Below, in pieces: positions 1 to 12,984 of a stretch of DNA of 64,000 nucleotides. Under the pieces are notes generated by a model, which saw nothing but the letters and a program-made list of their open reading frames with translations, was not told the DNA's origin and did not search any database. The stretch comes from Rhizophagus irregularis (taxonomy: Eukaryota). Location of the stretch: contig NC_089429.1 in assembly GCF_026210795.1 (NCBI RefSeq), positions 620,001 to 684,000 on the forward strand, written 5' to 3'. How positions within the stretch are numbered: position 1 is the first letter of the stretch; the number at the start of each line of letters is the position of its first letter. The position numbers and the translations under genes were made by a program.

Positions 1-2225
1 TGGATATAGTGAGTGAGTTTTATACTAATACTACTAATAAATTAATAAAAGATTTTTTTATAACAATAGATTGTGTTTAGTGAGATTTATAAAAAATTTA
101 ATGAGATTTCTTTTTAGTAATAGTTTGGTATAAAAAAATTTTCTGGGATTTTTTTTTAATAACAATATGTTGATAGTAGACAATTAACTTGTTAATAATT
201 GTTTTTTAGTAAGATTTTTTTATAGTTCACAGTAACACTAATATTACTAGTAAGTAATATAAATGAAAGATTTTTATAACAATAGATTACATTTAATAAG
301 GTTAATAAAAAAATTTTCTGAGATTTATTTTAATAACAATAGGTATGATAAATTTTTGGTGATTATTTTTTTTAGTAACAATAGATTGGTAATAGACAAT
401 AAAAAATGTTATGAAAACATTAAAAACTGAACTGATAATGAATTGGTAAATCAGATCAGTTTTGGTCACAGTAATAATTGTCTATTACCAATCTATTGCT
501 ATTAAAAAAAAAATCACCAAAAATTTTATCATATCTATTGTTATTTAAATAAATCCCAGAAAATTTTATATATTGTACTATACTAATTTGTCATAAAAAA
601 ATTCCAGAAACTGATCTATTATATTAATAAAAAATCTAAAAAATTTTTTATATCTCTCCATTATAATATAGTAGTACTGATCTGTTGTTATCAAAAAAAT
701 TTTTTATATTGATTTATTGACTCTATTGTTAAAAAAAAATTCAGAAAATATATTTATATCAATCTATTATTAAAAAAAAAGTTAAAATTTTTTTATATCT
801 ATTCATTGTACTATACCAATCTAATGTTATTAAAAAAAGTCTCAGTAAATTTTTTGTATTGATCTATTGTTATTAAAAAAAATCTCCCAAAATTTTTTTA
901 TATGTCATTAAATATAATCTATTTATAAAAAATCTTTTATTAACTCATTAAACTAACTATTAATACCTATTAGTAGTAGTATTACTGGAAAAAATCTTAC
1001 TAAAAAACAATTATTAATTGAACAAATTAATAATCAGTTGTCTATTACCAATCTATTGTTATTAAAAAAAATCACAAAAAAATTTATTAAATTAGTCCAT
1101 TGTACTATACCTATCTATTGTTATTAAAATAATCCCAGAAAATTTTATATCTAGTAACTATTGTACTATACCAATCTAGTATTGTTATTAAAAAAAAATC
1201 CTTAAAATTTTTTATTTCTATCCATTATACCATACTGATCTATTGTTATTAAAAAAAATCCAGAAAATTTTATACTGATATAATGACTTATTGCTAAAAA
1301 AAAATCCCAGAAAATATATTCATATCAATCTATTATTAAAAAAAAAGAATTCAGAAATATTTTTTTATATCTATACATTGTATTATACCAATCTGTTATT
1401 ATTAAAATAGATCCCAGAAAATTTTATTATATCTATCTATTGTACTATACCATTCTATTATATCTCAAAAAATTTTTTTATTAACCTTATTAAATGTAAT
1501 TAAAATCTTTTATTATCATTACTTATTAGTAATATTAGTGTTACTATGTTGAAGATAGGGCCGTCTGGCTAAGATAACGCATTACAAATGTTGTCTACCT
1601 ACTGAGTCTAACGATCACTCGACAGTGCACACGTGGGGTACTATACGTATGACGAGTGGTTTGTAGTTTAATTATATTAGAGTAGCTTTTAGAATCATAC
1701 TATGTATACATATTCTTTTATTTTTCTACTTTAATAAAACTGCAAATGCGCTGCGATTAAAAAAAAAAGTAATATTAGTGTTACTGTGAACTGTAAAAAA
1801 ATTATTAACTTCCGTTAATAAGTTACCAATCTATTGAAATTAAAAAATAAATCACAGAAAATTTTTATTATATCTATCTATTGTGCTATACCAATATATT
1901 GTTATTAAGGAAGAATTCCAAAAAAATTTTATTATATCATCTATTATATGATACCAATTTACTGTTATTAAAAAAAAATTCCAAAAAATTTATTACATCT
2001 ATTTATTGTATAGTTAACCCTATTGTACTATTACTACTATGCTGATATATCGTTATTAAAAAAAAATTCTAGAAAATTTTTTATACAAAGCTATTCTTAT
2101 TAAAAAAAATTTCATAAAATTTTTTCATAAATCTCACTAAACACAATCTATTGTTATAAAAAAATCTTTTATTAATTTATTAGTAGTATAAGTATGCTTT
2201 TAAAATAAACTCACCCATTATATCC
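1..2225. repeat. Foldback-like inverted-repeat region built from degenerate 30-60 bp AT-rich subrepeats
   Basis: 1-175 is the reverse complement of ~2050-2225 (taacaatagattgtgtttagtgagatttat vs ataaatctcactaaacacaatctattgtta). The subrepeat ctattgttattaaaaaaatcccagaaaattt switches orientation at a palindromic centre ~423-463 (aactgaactgat...atcagatcagtt). Confidence 0.75.
1546..1767 (+). mobile_element. Short poly(A)-tailed retro-insertion (5'-truncated LINE 3' end or SINE-like) with 18-bp TSD
   Basis: Direct repeat agtaatattagtgttact at 1528-1545 and 1768-1785. The insert is GC-richer and ends aataaaa...~20 nt...poly(A). The uninterrupted empty site is visible in inverted form at ~221-255. 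Confidence 0.85.
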
Positions 2226-2264
2226 AAAAGTACACTAATATAATTAAAAAAAAATCATTTTTTT

Positions 2265-3450
2265 TTTAATTTTTAATAACAAAAACGTCAAGTCTGACGT
2301 TTTTAATTAAAAAAATATTTTTTTTTGATTTTTAATAACAAAAAACGTCAAGTCTGACGTTTTTAATTAAAAAAAATATTTTTTTTTGATTTTTAATAAC
2401 AAAAAACGTCAAGTCTGATGTTTTTAATTAAAAAAAATATTTTTTTTTTGATTTTTAATAACAAAAAACGTCAAGTCTGACGTTTTTAATTAAAAAAATC
2501 ACTTTTTTTTTATTTTTAATAACAAAAAACGTCAAGTTTGACGTTTTTAATTAAAAAAAATATTTTTTTTGATTTTTAATAACAAAAAACGTCAAGTCTG
2601 ACGTTTTTAATTAAAAAATATATTTTTTTTTTGATTTTTAATAACAAAAAACGTCAAGTCTGACGTTTTTAATTAAAAAAAATATTTTTTTTGATTTTTA
2701 ATAACAAAAAACGTCAAGTCTGACGTTTTTAATTAAAAAAAAATCATTTTTTTTGCAAAAAACGTCAAGTCTGACATTTTTGATTAATAAAATCATTTTT
2801 TTTGATTTTTAATAACAAAAAACGTCAAGTCTGACGTTTTTAATTAAAAAAAATATTTTTTTTTGATTTTTAATAACAAAAAACGTCAAGTCTGACGTTT
2901 TTAATTAAAAAAAAATCATTTTTTTTGATTTTAATAACAAAAAACGTCAAGTCTGACGTTTTTAATTAAAAAAAATATTTTTTTTTTGATTTTTAATAAC
3001 AAAAAACGTCAAGTCTGACGTTTTTAATTAAAAAAAATATTTTTTTTTGATTTTTAATAACAAAAAACGTCAAGTCTGACGTTTTTAATTAAAAAAAATA
3101 TTTTTTTTGATTTTTAATAACAAAAAACGTCAAGTCTGACGTTTTTAATTAAAATATATATATATTTTTTTTGATTTTTAATAACAAAAAACGTCAAGTC
3201 TGACGTTTTTAATTAAAAAATATATTTTTTTTTTGATTTTTAATAACAAAAAACGTCAAGTCTGACGTTTTTAATTAAAAAAAAATCATTTTTTTTGATT
3301 TTAATAACAAAAAACGTCAAGTCTGACATTTTTGATTAATAAAATCATTTTTTTTTGATTTTTAATAACAAAAAACGTCAAGTCTGACTTTTTTAATTAA
3401 AAAATTTAATTTTTTTTTGTTTTTTAATCAAGTTTTTGACATTTTTAATT
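2265..3450. repeat. Tandem satellite, ~19 units of ~60-63 bp, with palindromic core aaaaacgtca-agtc-tgacgttttt
   Basis: Unit aataacaaaaaacgtcaagtctgacgtttttaattaaaaaaaatattttttttgatttt repeats head-to-tail. Variation is almost confined to homopolymer lengths. Confidence 0.95.
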
Positions 3451-4128
3451 AAAAAAAAAAATTTTTCACATTTTAATAAAAAATGATCAACATACTATTT
3501 CATGATCTGTCAAGTTAACATTCTTTTTGAGCAGCACAGTTAAACTCAGCGCAAAAAGTTTCCATAGTGAATGTTCACTTTCTCTGTACATGTACATGTA
3601 CATGTTCATGTTCTTGCTCTTGTACTTGTACATGTACATGTACAGTACTGTACTAATATTTAAGATTAAACCGAGAGTTTTTTACGAAAAAGGCAATTTT
3701 TTTTGTATCCATGGCAACTATGCATGTGGATGATTTTCAAAAACGGAATAGAAAATTTTGGTGAAAATCTGACTGAAATGAAATGATCAACCAAAATTTT
3801 TGCTTTTTAAAGTAAAAAATCGCCTTAAAATCCTACTTGGGTGTTAATCAAAAACATCATGAAATCATTGAAAATAACTCCGCAAATAAAAAAAACGCTG
3901 TATAAATTCATCAATCAAAAACATCGTGAACAAATAAAAATCAATGGTATGTTATATATCGGCATCGGATCTTAAAAAATTTTTTAACTTAATCATGATA
4001 AAACGCTCTTTTAACGGCACCTTTAACGCGTTTGTAAAGAGTTTATTTAATGTGTTATTTCGTTTCCTTCTGTCTTTTTTTGTTCTCAGTATTTTTGTTC
4101 CCAATATTTTTTTGTTCTCAATCTCTCG

Positions 4129-6105
4129 ATGTTGCCAGAGTTAGTTTTGAACAAAGTTCTCTATAAAGGTAAAATATTTTTTTTTAAAATATTTTTTTAT
4201 TTCGTTATAAAAAAAAAATGATGCATTTTGTTAAGATAATAAAACAAACATTTTTAGATATTATTTTCTTTTTTTTAAGCATTTGTTATAATTGCAATTT
4301 TTATTATCCATATTATCCTATCAAAATTTATCCTACAAAAAATTTTTCTAAGCGTATATTTGCCACTTCTTATTAATGCTTAAATACCTAACATTTTTAA
4401 TACTTTATTTCAGAATTTTGGCAGACCTCTCATACGCAATGGGACTTAAAGACATGGGATCATTTTTTTTCCAAAAAATGTCCGAAAGCTTCAGAACGTA
4501 AATCTCACAATGACTTAGGTGGTGAATTGGAGATTCTAAAAAAGTATCTAAATCCAAAATCGAAAGAAAGTAGGAAGGTACATAAATTAAAACATCAGTT
4601 AAAGGTTAGTGTTTTTTATGTTTTTAGGATGTGAAAATGTTAGCTAACGAGCATAGTGAATAGTGAGTATGCTACGTCCCATCCCTTCGTGCATGGGAAA
4701 GAGCATCCAGTCACATTAGTGCCGTGTTGGGCATATCTTGTTATGCTACGTCCCATCCCCTCGTGCATGGGAAAGAGCGTCCAGTCACGTTAGTGCCGTG
4801 TCGGGCATAGCTATGCTACGTCCCATCCCCTCGTGCATGGGAAAGAGCGTCCAGTCACATTAGTGCTGTGTCAGGCATATTTTGCTATTAGATTCTATGA
4901 TTAAGATCCCTAAAAAAATTTATTCTGTGTTTTTTTATTCTGTGATATGTATCATATACACGGAATTTATAGCCTCAAAGCACCAAGTTGCTTAGATTTT
5001 AGTTATTTTTCCGTATTATATTGTATCATATTCACCAGAAATTATGGATACAATTTTTTACAGGGATCTGCTGATTCTGTAGGAGGAATCTGTTTTACTC
5101 ACATATTTTTCTTTGCATATGACAGAAGTTTAGGAAGCATAAAGGCAAGAAAGAAAAGGAGAATTTAGCGTCTCCCTCTGGTAAGTGAGTCATAATAAAT
5201 GCAGTATCTTGGCTTGGCTTCGATAGTCATTCTCGTCTTTAATAATATATCAAATCTTTTTAATGTATTGACAATGATTCTTGCCTTTCAATTTGTTGTC
5301 TTCTTCAAAAGGCTCCCAGGCTTTATCTCTCACCACCGAGGTTGTCAAGATATTGCGGAAAAAGATTAAGAAAGAGAGAAGGAAGGTCATCAATTTAATG
5401 CGCCAAGAAATCAAAGAGTTAAGGGAAGAAAAAATTGAAAAAGTATCGTATTCAACAGTTTCTTCAGCTCAATTTTCCTCCTTTTGTATGCAATCTGGTT
5501 TTATCATTCAGTCTTTGGAATATAAGGGGAATTTGCCAAGGAAAGATATACCAGCTTTTAACTGGTCTAAGTACGCCGAAAATTTTGTGGAACAACGAGA
5601 AAATATACTTAATTATCTTGAAGAGCACCTCGGAGAAAAACTCCCTAGAAATGTTATTATTTCTGAAGTTGCAAGTGAAAGAGGTTTTCTTAATACGTAC
5701 GGAAACAGTCCATTTCCTTTTCATACGTGAGGTACAACCGATTTAATCCTGGTGGAGAGTCATAGTGTAGATGCTTTAGTTAAAAAAGCAGGAGTTCGAG
5801 CGGTTATTGAATTGAAGAAAATAGTTAAAAGCTCTCATATAAAGCAAATCATTTTGGAAATGATTGCGGCGGACTTGTTTGTGCGTGATGAGATTAAAGT
5901 TTTTGGTTTACTGACAGACCTTAAGAGCGCGTGGCACTTCTTCTGGCTTGAAGAAGGAAAAAAAATTATGACGGTTAAAATGACGCACCGCAATAAGGCA
6001 CTGGATTTTGCTTGCAAGTTGGCGGATGTATACCGAGACCAATCTAAGGAAGTGAATTTAATTGGTCTACAAAAAGTTCAACGTGTGAAGATACGGGAAC
6101 TTTAA
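4129..6105 (+). pseudogene. Crinkler-like / PD-(D/E)xK restriction-endonuclease-fold gene, 4 exons, one in-frame TGA
   Basis: Exons 4129-4168 (MLPELVLNKVLYKE), 4414-4604 (FWQTSHTQWDLKTWDHFF...), 5126-5180 and 5312-6105, all GT..AG and phase-compatible. ORFs 5281-5730 and 5752-6105 are in the same frame, separated by one TGA (5728-5730). C-terminal motifs GTTDL...VIELKK...Q..LEMIAAD...LLTDL...WHFFW resemble CRN-associated nuclease domains. Confidence 0.7.
4668..4880 (+). repeat. Three tandem copies of a GC-rich ~70-bp self-complementary unit inside intron 2
   Basis: tatgctacgtcccatcccctcgtgcatgggaaagagcgtccagtcacgttagtgccgtgtcgggcata and close variants start at 4668, 4742 and 4812. Confidence 0.9.
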
Positions 6106-6163
6106 TTATTTATAAAAATTATTATAATCTTAATCAGTTCCAAAATTTTATTTAATATAATAT

Positions 6164-7415
6164 TTAAAAATCCAAAAGTTGTTTTTTTAAAATAAAGTCG
6201 TTAATATAAAGTAAAAAAAAAAAGTTAACATATAGTCTAAATAATAATTATTTACCGAAATTTCAATAGAATCAATAATTTTTCTAATTTTCTGACAAAA
6301 TTCTTCTTGGCTAAGACGAATTTTCCCTGTTTCAAAATTTCTTAATTCTTCTTGTATTAAGAATAGTAATAAAGTCATCACCCTATAAAAATATAAAAAA
6401 GAAAAAAAAATATTAAGAATATTATATTAGCATATAATATAACATTTTAAAATATGAAATTTTCACCTTGAAAACGTGGTACTGTTCTTCTAAATCATCC
6501 GGTTCGAAATCATCAAGAGATTTATATTTTCCCTAAAAAGTAATTTAAAATTTATCAGAGTTAGAAAAATATTCTTTGATTTTCTTTTCTACATACTATA
6601 TACAAATAATTTTTGTTTTTATAGTTTTTTTTTAAAAAAAAATAATTACTGTTTGAAAGCCGCGCCCGAGCGGACTACAAGCAACTATTGTTTCAATATC
6701 AAGAGTCCAAGGACTATATTCCATCTTAAAAAAATATGACGTTTGATAATTTATAGTAATAATGAAGGAAATAAAAATTGATATATTTACTTGAACTGCG
6801 ACAATAGGATGAACGTCAAAGAGTTTCTGCGAAACATCCAGAAAGACCAACATATTTGACTTTTTCTTCTTTAACAAGTTCTGCTAAAGCGCCGATAGTG
6901 TCTTCAATTGGTCTATAAAAAAGAATAGTTAATTCATTATGCAATTTTCAGTAAGATCGAAATTTTCATTACTTACGTATTAGGATCCATACGATGTCGA
7001 TAGTATACTGAATCTACTCCCAATTTTTTAAAGAATTTTCGCAAGTTTGAAAAACATATTCAGGTTGCAAATTTTGTATAAAGAAAAACTTCATTACGAA
7101 GTTCTTTAAGAACTTTTGAAAGAAGAACTTCATTGGCTCCGGATCCAAATGTATCCTTTACATTTTCAAAATTAAGATATTGTACTCCGTTTTATATTAT
7201 TTAAATTAATATTAAAATCTTGAATTTATTGGGAGTTTAAACACAAAAAGCAGTATTTCAAAAGGTACATCCTATATCAATTACTCGATTTAATACTTTA
7301 ATATTTTCATAACTGTAAAATTCACTCGTGCCCTACCAATCAAAAAGAAAATTATATCATCACGTGATGAGTGATTATGATTTTTACATTAGTTTTACAG
7401 TATCAAGTTCACGAA
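6164..7415 (-). pseudogene. Aldo-keto reductase pseudogene (copy A)
   Basis: Exon remnants ([37 protein letters not shown]) are colinear with the intact copies but carry many deletions and frameshifts. No intact start. Confidence 0.88.
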
Positions 7416-7439
7416 AAAAAAAAAATTTCTTTGAAGTAA

Positions 7440-9330
7440 ATCAATAATCCCAAGCGCTTTTATTTAATTTTAATGACGGATAACTAAATTTTCAATCGTT
7501 TCATGCATGCAAAAACATTATATACCTTGACGACGTGACGTCGTGACGTTTAATTTATGTATTTGCTGCGGATTTGACGTAGAATAAAACATACGTTTAT
7601 TTAATAAAGTTTAGCTTTACTACTAAAAGTAAATAAAAATATTCCAAAGAATTTTCTCAATGATTGTATTTTGTTAACAAACATACGGTAATTGGTTGTT
7701 CCAAATAGATTTTCAAAAGTCCCGTAAAATCAGAAAAACCGTTAAAAAATTTTACTTAAATGAATATTTATAAACCTTTAAATAATTTTTTGATTACTAT
7801 AAAAATCAATCAATTAACGATTTTGGGTCCAGAAAATTCCGAATACTTAAAAATCAAATTAATATGATTATCTTTGAATTTTGCAGTACTCCTTGTAAAT
7901 TGTAATTGTATGATATGTTCAAAATTAATTATTAATACAGATTTTCTATATTCGCTTCGATTTTTACAATATGAATGTTTTAAACTATCCAATTTGATCT
8001 TTGAGATATCCCTGCTCGCAAAGTAAATAAATTTTTAGAATTTTATAACTCGTGCATCATTTAAAGAATTTTTTTTATTGTAATATAAACTTTTATTACA
8101 TATATTATTTGTGGTGATGTAACATTTGTAATAATAATTTTCATATTAATTTTTTCGTCGGCGGTATATCTTCTATTAAACCAGTAATATGGTAAAATTA
8201 TATGTTAAATTATCATAATGACTGATTACATAATTCTCTTTTTATCAAGAATATATGGCGTGCTGGTATAGCAAGATTTATTACTCGGATTGTACTGTGA
8301 GATTTGGTTTATGTAAGTCCTTTAATACTGACGATTTCTTAATCATAACTATTAAAAATGCAAGAAATCAAAAAATTTTGCTGATTTAAATTTGTTAACA
8401 ATAAAAAAAAAATTCCAAAATTTACCACATGCAGTAATTTAATTTCATTATTACATTAGATTATAATATTTAGTTGACTGTTAATAATTTTCTATCATAG
8501 AAAGAAAATATCTTTCTCGTATCCAAACTTTAAGAGCATTTCACAGAAACAGAATAACTAGAGCTATGGCGAGAATGAATTTAGAAATTATCTGCAAACA
8601 AAAAAATTGCCGGGATTAAGTAAAGATATTTTAAGTTGACAGGCCACAATGATAAAGAAAAACAAACCTCAAAAAGTTTGATACTTGTTAGTGACTTTGT
8701 ATACAGAAATTGTGTATTCTAACTTGCGCTGATATTCTCTACTCGTTTGTTTAAAGGGTTGCTTAGAGGATGACTAAAGCAATAATTAAGTATTTATATA
8801 TACACGACCAATCTTATTATAATATTATTTGCGTACCGTTGAATTTAAATGTTTATTTTCTAATTCTAACTTTGCGTAAATAATTCGAATTTTAGTTTAT
8901 AACAAAAAAAAAATAAACAATAAAATTTTCCATTCGTCAATTAATTAAAACTTTTTAAAATGAAATTTATACTATATCTACATTCCACAGAATTATCGAT
9001 TTCATATTTGAAGAATATATCAAAAATTCTTGAACTTGTGAACTTTGATTGGAAAAGACTAAAACTTTCGTTTATAAATTTGATAACCAGATGATTTTAG
9101 AAGAATGTTGTCACGCTTTTCAAGATAAAATTACAATAAAATTGAGAAATTATGCGTAAGTACATGAATTTGTGAATAAGAAAGACGTAATTCTTAATAG
9201 TCTTGAGTTATATTCAGGTATTTAGTAAAAATACTTGAAACATGATAATAATTACTGTATCTACATTTTTATGAATGCAATGAACGTAATATTGAAATAT
9301 TAAGTGAGATGCAGGTACAGTAAAATTCAA
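7440..9330. repeat. Segmental duplication partner of ~19240-21050 (AKR upstream region, possibly a decayed gene)
   Basis: Colinear shared blocks: ccaagcgcttttatttaattt (7450/19250), ttactcggattgta (8281/19705), ctatggcgagaat (8563/19971), tgtatacagaa...ctaacttgcg (8698/20154). Confidence 0.75.
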
Positions 9331-11567
9331 AATTCTAAAATCGTATTATTTTTTTACATCATATGGGAAGATTTTGGTTCATCGCAATTATAGATGGTTT
9401 TACATCTGACATAGCAAAATATTTTTTGTGTAATGTCAAATTGATCAGCATACACGGGATTTATATCAGGTGAATCTGCAAATCAATAAAAAAATTTTTT
9501 TTTGATTTTAACTTACGTTAAGACAAAAAAAACTTAATACATATATATAAAAACCTGTTTCAACCCATCTATCTTACGGCAGATCATTTTATAAGTCGTA
9601 TGAACAGTTATAGTAAAAAGTTTTTTTTATTTTTAAGTTTGTTTTTCTATTTATTTCTTTTTTGTTATTTTTTTCTTAACAAACTTCTTTTTTTTCTTCT
9701 GCAGTTTCTTATTTGCAAAGATATTTTCGAAGATAAACATTAAAAGAAGCTAAAATTGGCTTCTTTAATACTTTTATTTTTTACTTTTCTATAGTAGAGG
9801 ATTTCTTAAATAATTTTTAATTAGAGTGGCTTAGCATTAGCACGTGATATTACGGATGAATAAGATCCGCCAATATGTAATTCCTATTTAAAGTAATTGA
9901 ATAAATAATTCAAATGTTCTTATTATTAATAACAAAATTATGAAAACTAGATCACATTTAAAATGTTTTGAATCGATTATTGTGGTTTTCAAAACGTCGA
10001 TCCCGTTCGTTCCTTAATATTTTTTTTACCGATTTTATTTATTTATTAAGTATAATTTATAATAATATTATAATTAATATAGTAAAACCCGGTGCTATAC
10101 CCCTTAACTGTTGAAATCAACTTTTTTTTTTGAATTGCAGAAATCACAAAAAAACACTGAAGAAAAATAGGCATCGCGGTGAAGTTTCCGTAATAAAAGT
10201 TGATCTTTAACCTATTTAGAATCGATAAAAGTGGGCGTTTGGAAATATTTATTGCATATTTCTCTGGGTATTTATTGCATACTTCTCTAAAGATTTCGCA
10301 TATTAGAGTAAGAATAATAATAACACTTTATGTTTAGACGAAAAATAATTATCATGAGATCAAATGATAGTGTATGATTGTGAGTTTATTATGAATCTGT
10401 CTAATAATTATATTTTCTATTAGGTTAGATATTGTATGATATAAATTACTAAATATTTATTAAGAAAATTCATGATAATATATTTGTTTAACATTATGTT
10501 ATAATTTATATACAGTATACAGTATATACTTTTCGTCAATATTATTATGAAAAGTTATAATTAAAGTTAAAGATCACCGAATTTAATTCTTTTTACTTTA
10601 TTTACGTGGGCTATGTTTAATTTTATAAATTATTAATAAATCCTAACATGGACGTCACCCGTCGTCACCGGGGGAAAAAAACTCGGCACGTGACTATGTG
10701 GCGAAGTTGGGATGTGGCACAGTCTTCAATGTCAGCTTGATAAATGTGCCTCATATCTTATTCACGTTTTTATTATTTAATACAGTATATTATTGTTATT
10801 CTATTATTCTGAAGTAGATAGTTTTTCGTATATTTTATTGAAATAAAGTTCAAAAATATAATTTAACCGGCCTGCTTTTTTTTGCAGTTTCCGGTGGTTT
10901 CTATAGTCCTACTTATTTAACTTTAAAACAATTGACATTACTGTTACGTTTTGAAATCCTTTCAATGGATATCTATTGCAATAGCTGTAAAACTTTTGAA
11001 GTATCATTCGAATTTATAGATAGTGGGGATAACGGCGTTTCTAAATAGCTTATAACTTGTAATAATTGTTATCAAAGATACACTAATAAACGGAAAAAAA
11101 CTTGATGATTTACATGTACTTGATAGTGAATTGGAACTTGTTGATCTAAGTTCATCTTAGCGAAACTGTTACAGAACTTTTGAAAAATATACAATCAGAA
11201 TTTCATTCCCACTATTGTTGAATTAATTGAAGATGCTGATGAAGGTATAATTGGACTTACAATCAACAATATAAATTCATTCTTTCTCTTCAGAAATTTC
11301 AAAATAATTTTTTTTTTCAAATTTTATTAATACTGTAGTTTAAATCATTTTTTAATCCAGATGAAGGATATGAAAATGATAATGATCATCATCTGATCAT
11401 GAACAAATTAATGACTGTTTTTGTCTGTTGCTTACCAATGATATTGAGTGAAATTTATATCATTTCTCATTTTGAAAAAAAGTAGTGCTTTATAAAATTC
11501 GAAATATTAAACCCCTATAAATTCACATTTCAAATCTCTTAATTGGAACTGTATTGGTGATGTGATA

Positions 11568-11722
11568 TCGTATTTGACTGATAATCTGATATTAAGCACC
11601 CCGAAATTAATTATATCTCAGTCAATATTCATTTGAAAATATAAAATTTATATATATAGAATTCAATTTTACAAGCACCCTATAGTAATAGATAGAGGGT
11701 ACTTAATATAAGTCAAATACGC
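11568..11722. mobile_element. Tc1/pogo-type MITE (~155 bp)
   Basis: Terminal IR cgtatttgact / agtcaaatacg flanked by TA on both sides, plus internal IR tattaagcaccc / gggtacttaata. Confidence 0.65.
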
Positions 11723-12984
11723 TATCAATAAATTTCAACGATAATAAAAGAAAGTATTAAATGTTGATGATATATATGTTTACATTAAATTACAATATTT
11801 ATCGATTTCTTGAAATATAAGAAATTAATTTTTCTTTATTAATGATTTATTCTTTTAGTTATAAATTATTGATTTAATGAGACGAATTTAAAGTTTCAAA
11901 AAGTGAAATCAAAATTTCAATTTTTGATGACTGTATGGGTAATTCAATAACATAAAACAGCAAATACTATTCAAACAAAATTTATTGTTTTTTATTCATG
12001 ACATAATGAGTTTATAAAAAATTGGAAATTAGCATGATTTAGTTCCCATTTTTTCTTCTGCAATGAAACAAAAAAAAATCTTTTTAAAAAAGTAATCAGA
12101 AGATAATAATATCTCCGTAAAAATTTTACTATATATTATCACATTTAAAGGTTAAATATTTATCCCTTTTTTGAAAATAATGATGTGATTGTTGATTTAT
12201 GAGCAATCTTTATTTTTAATTCTAATTTTCTGTTTATCACTTTCTATTCGCTTTTTATGCAAAAAAAAGAACAATAAAATTAGCTGTTTAATATTATGAA
12301 TTAATATTCTTCTAATTAAATTGTGTGATTTAGCCTTTACCTTCTTTAATTCATTTGGTTAATATTTATAGCTTCTTGCACCTTAGTATAATGTTTTTAT
12401 GGTTTAATTCTTTCCTTTTGCTATTTGAGGAAATATTATTAACAGTTTTTACATTAAAAGCGAATAAGCAGAGAATTAGAGTTTAAAATAAGAAAATAAG
12501 AATCACTATCGCTATGTAGAATCACTTAGACAAATACTATGTTCGGATTATTCACGTTATTACATCATAAAAGGTAATTCTATTCTATCTTACACCAAGT
12601 TGGTAACTATATGATTATAATAGCCTTATTTCTAACCTTTTGCCTTATTTAAACTGTTTCGTTACAAATATTAACCATTATAATAATGAATGATCAATAA
12701 GGATGCAATCGAATAAAAGATTTATACTCTGTCAATTAAACTTATTATTCACTCAAATTTACACATTTTTACAAAGTTATATTACATGATCTTGTATAAT
12801 GATAAAATAAATTTATAATAATGATTTCCTTTATTTAATAATTGTATACTTAATTCAGTCTTTCTATGAAAATAAATTATTCAACTAAGAATCTTGCTAT
12901 TTACTCGAATCTTAGTGTTTAAATAATTCAACATAAGATAAATAATAAAGCCGCAACGAATTTGTATTCAAATCGTAAATTAAT

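Noticed and set aside
2265..3450. CRISPR-like array (palindromic repeat at regular spacing)
   Set aside because: The intervening sequences are near-identical rather than unique spacers, there are no cas genes, and the context is eukaryotic and intron-rich. It is a satellite.
3527..3733. ORF with YMYMYM repeats
   Set aside because: It is a translation of a tgtaca microsatellite with a non-ATG start and no coding features.
4668..4880. HDV-like or hammerhead ribozyme in the intronic repeat
   Set aside because: cccctcgtg resembles an HDV L3 loop, but I could not build the P1/P2 pseudoknot. No CUGANGA/GAAA hammerhead core was found on either strand.
5728..5730. Selenocysteine recoding of the in-frame TGA
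   Set aside because: The position is not a Cys-type redox site and no SECIS-like hairpin was identified downstream. A nonsense mutation is simpler.
5435..6017. Overlapping ORFs 5435-5746(+), 5464-5724(-) and 5835-6017(-)
   Set aside because: They are shadow frames of the Crinkler-like exon.
10640..11460. Possible decayed gene or transposase (e.g. DDLHVLDSELELVDLSSS)
   Set aside because: The fragments are too short and interrupted to assign a family.
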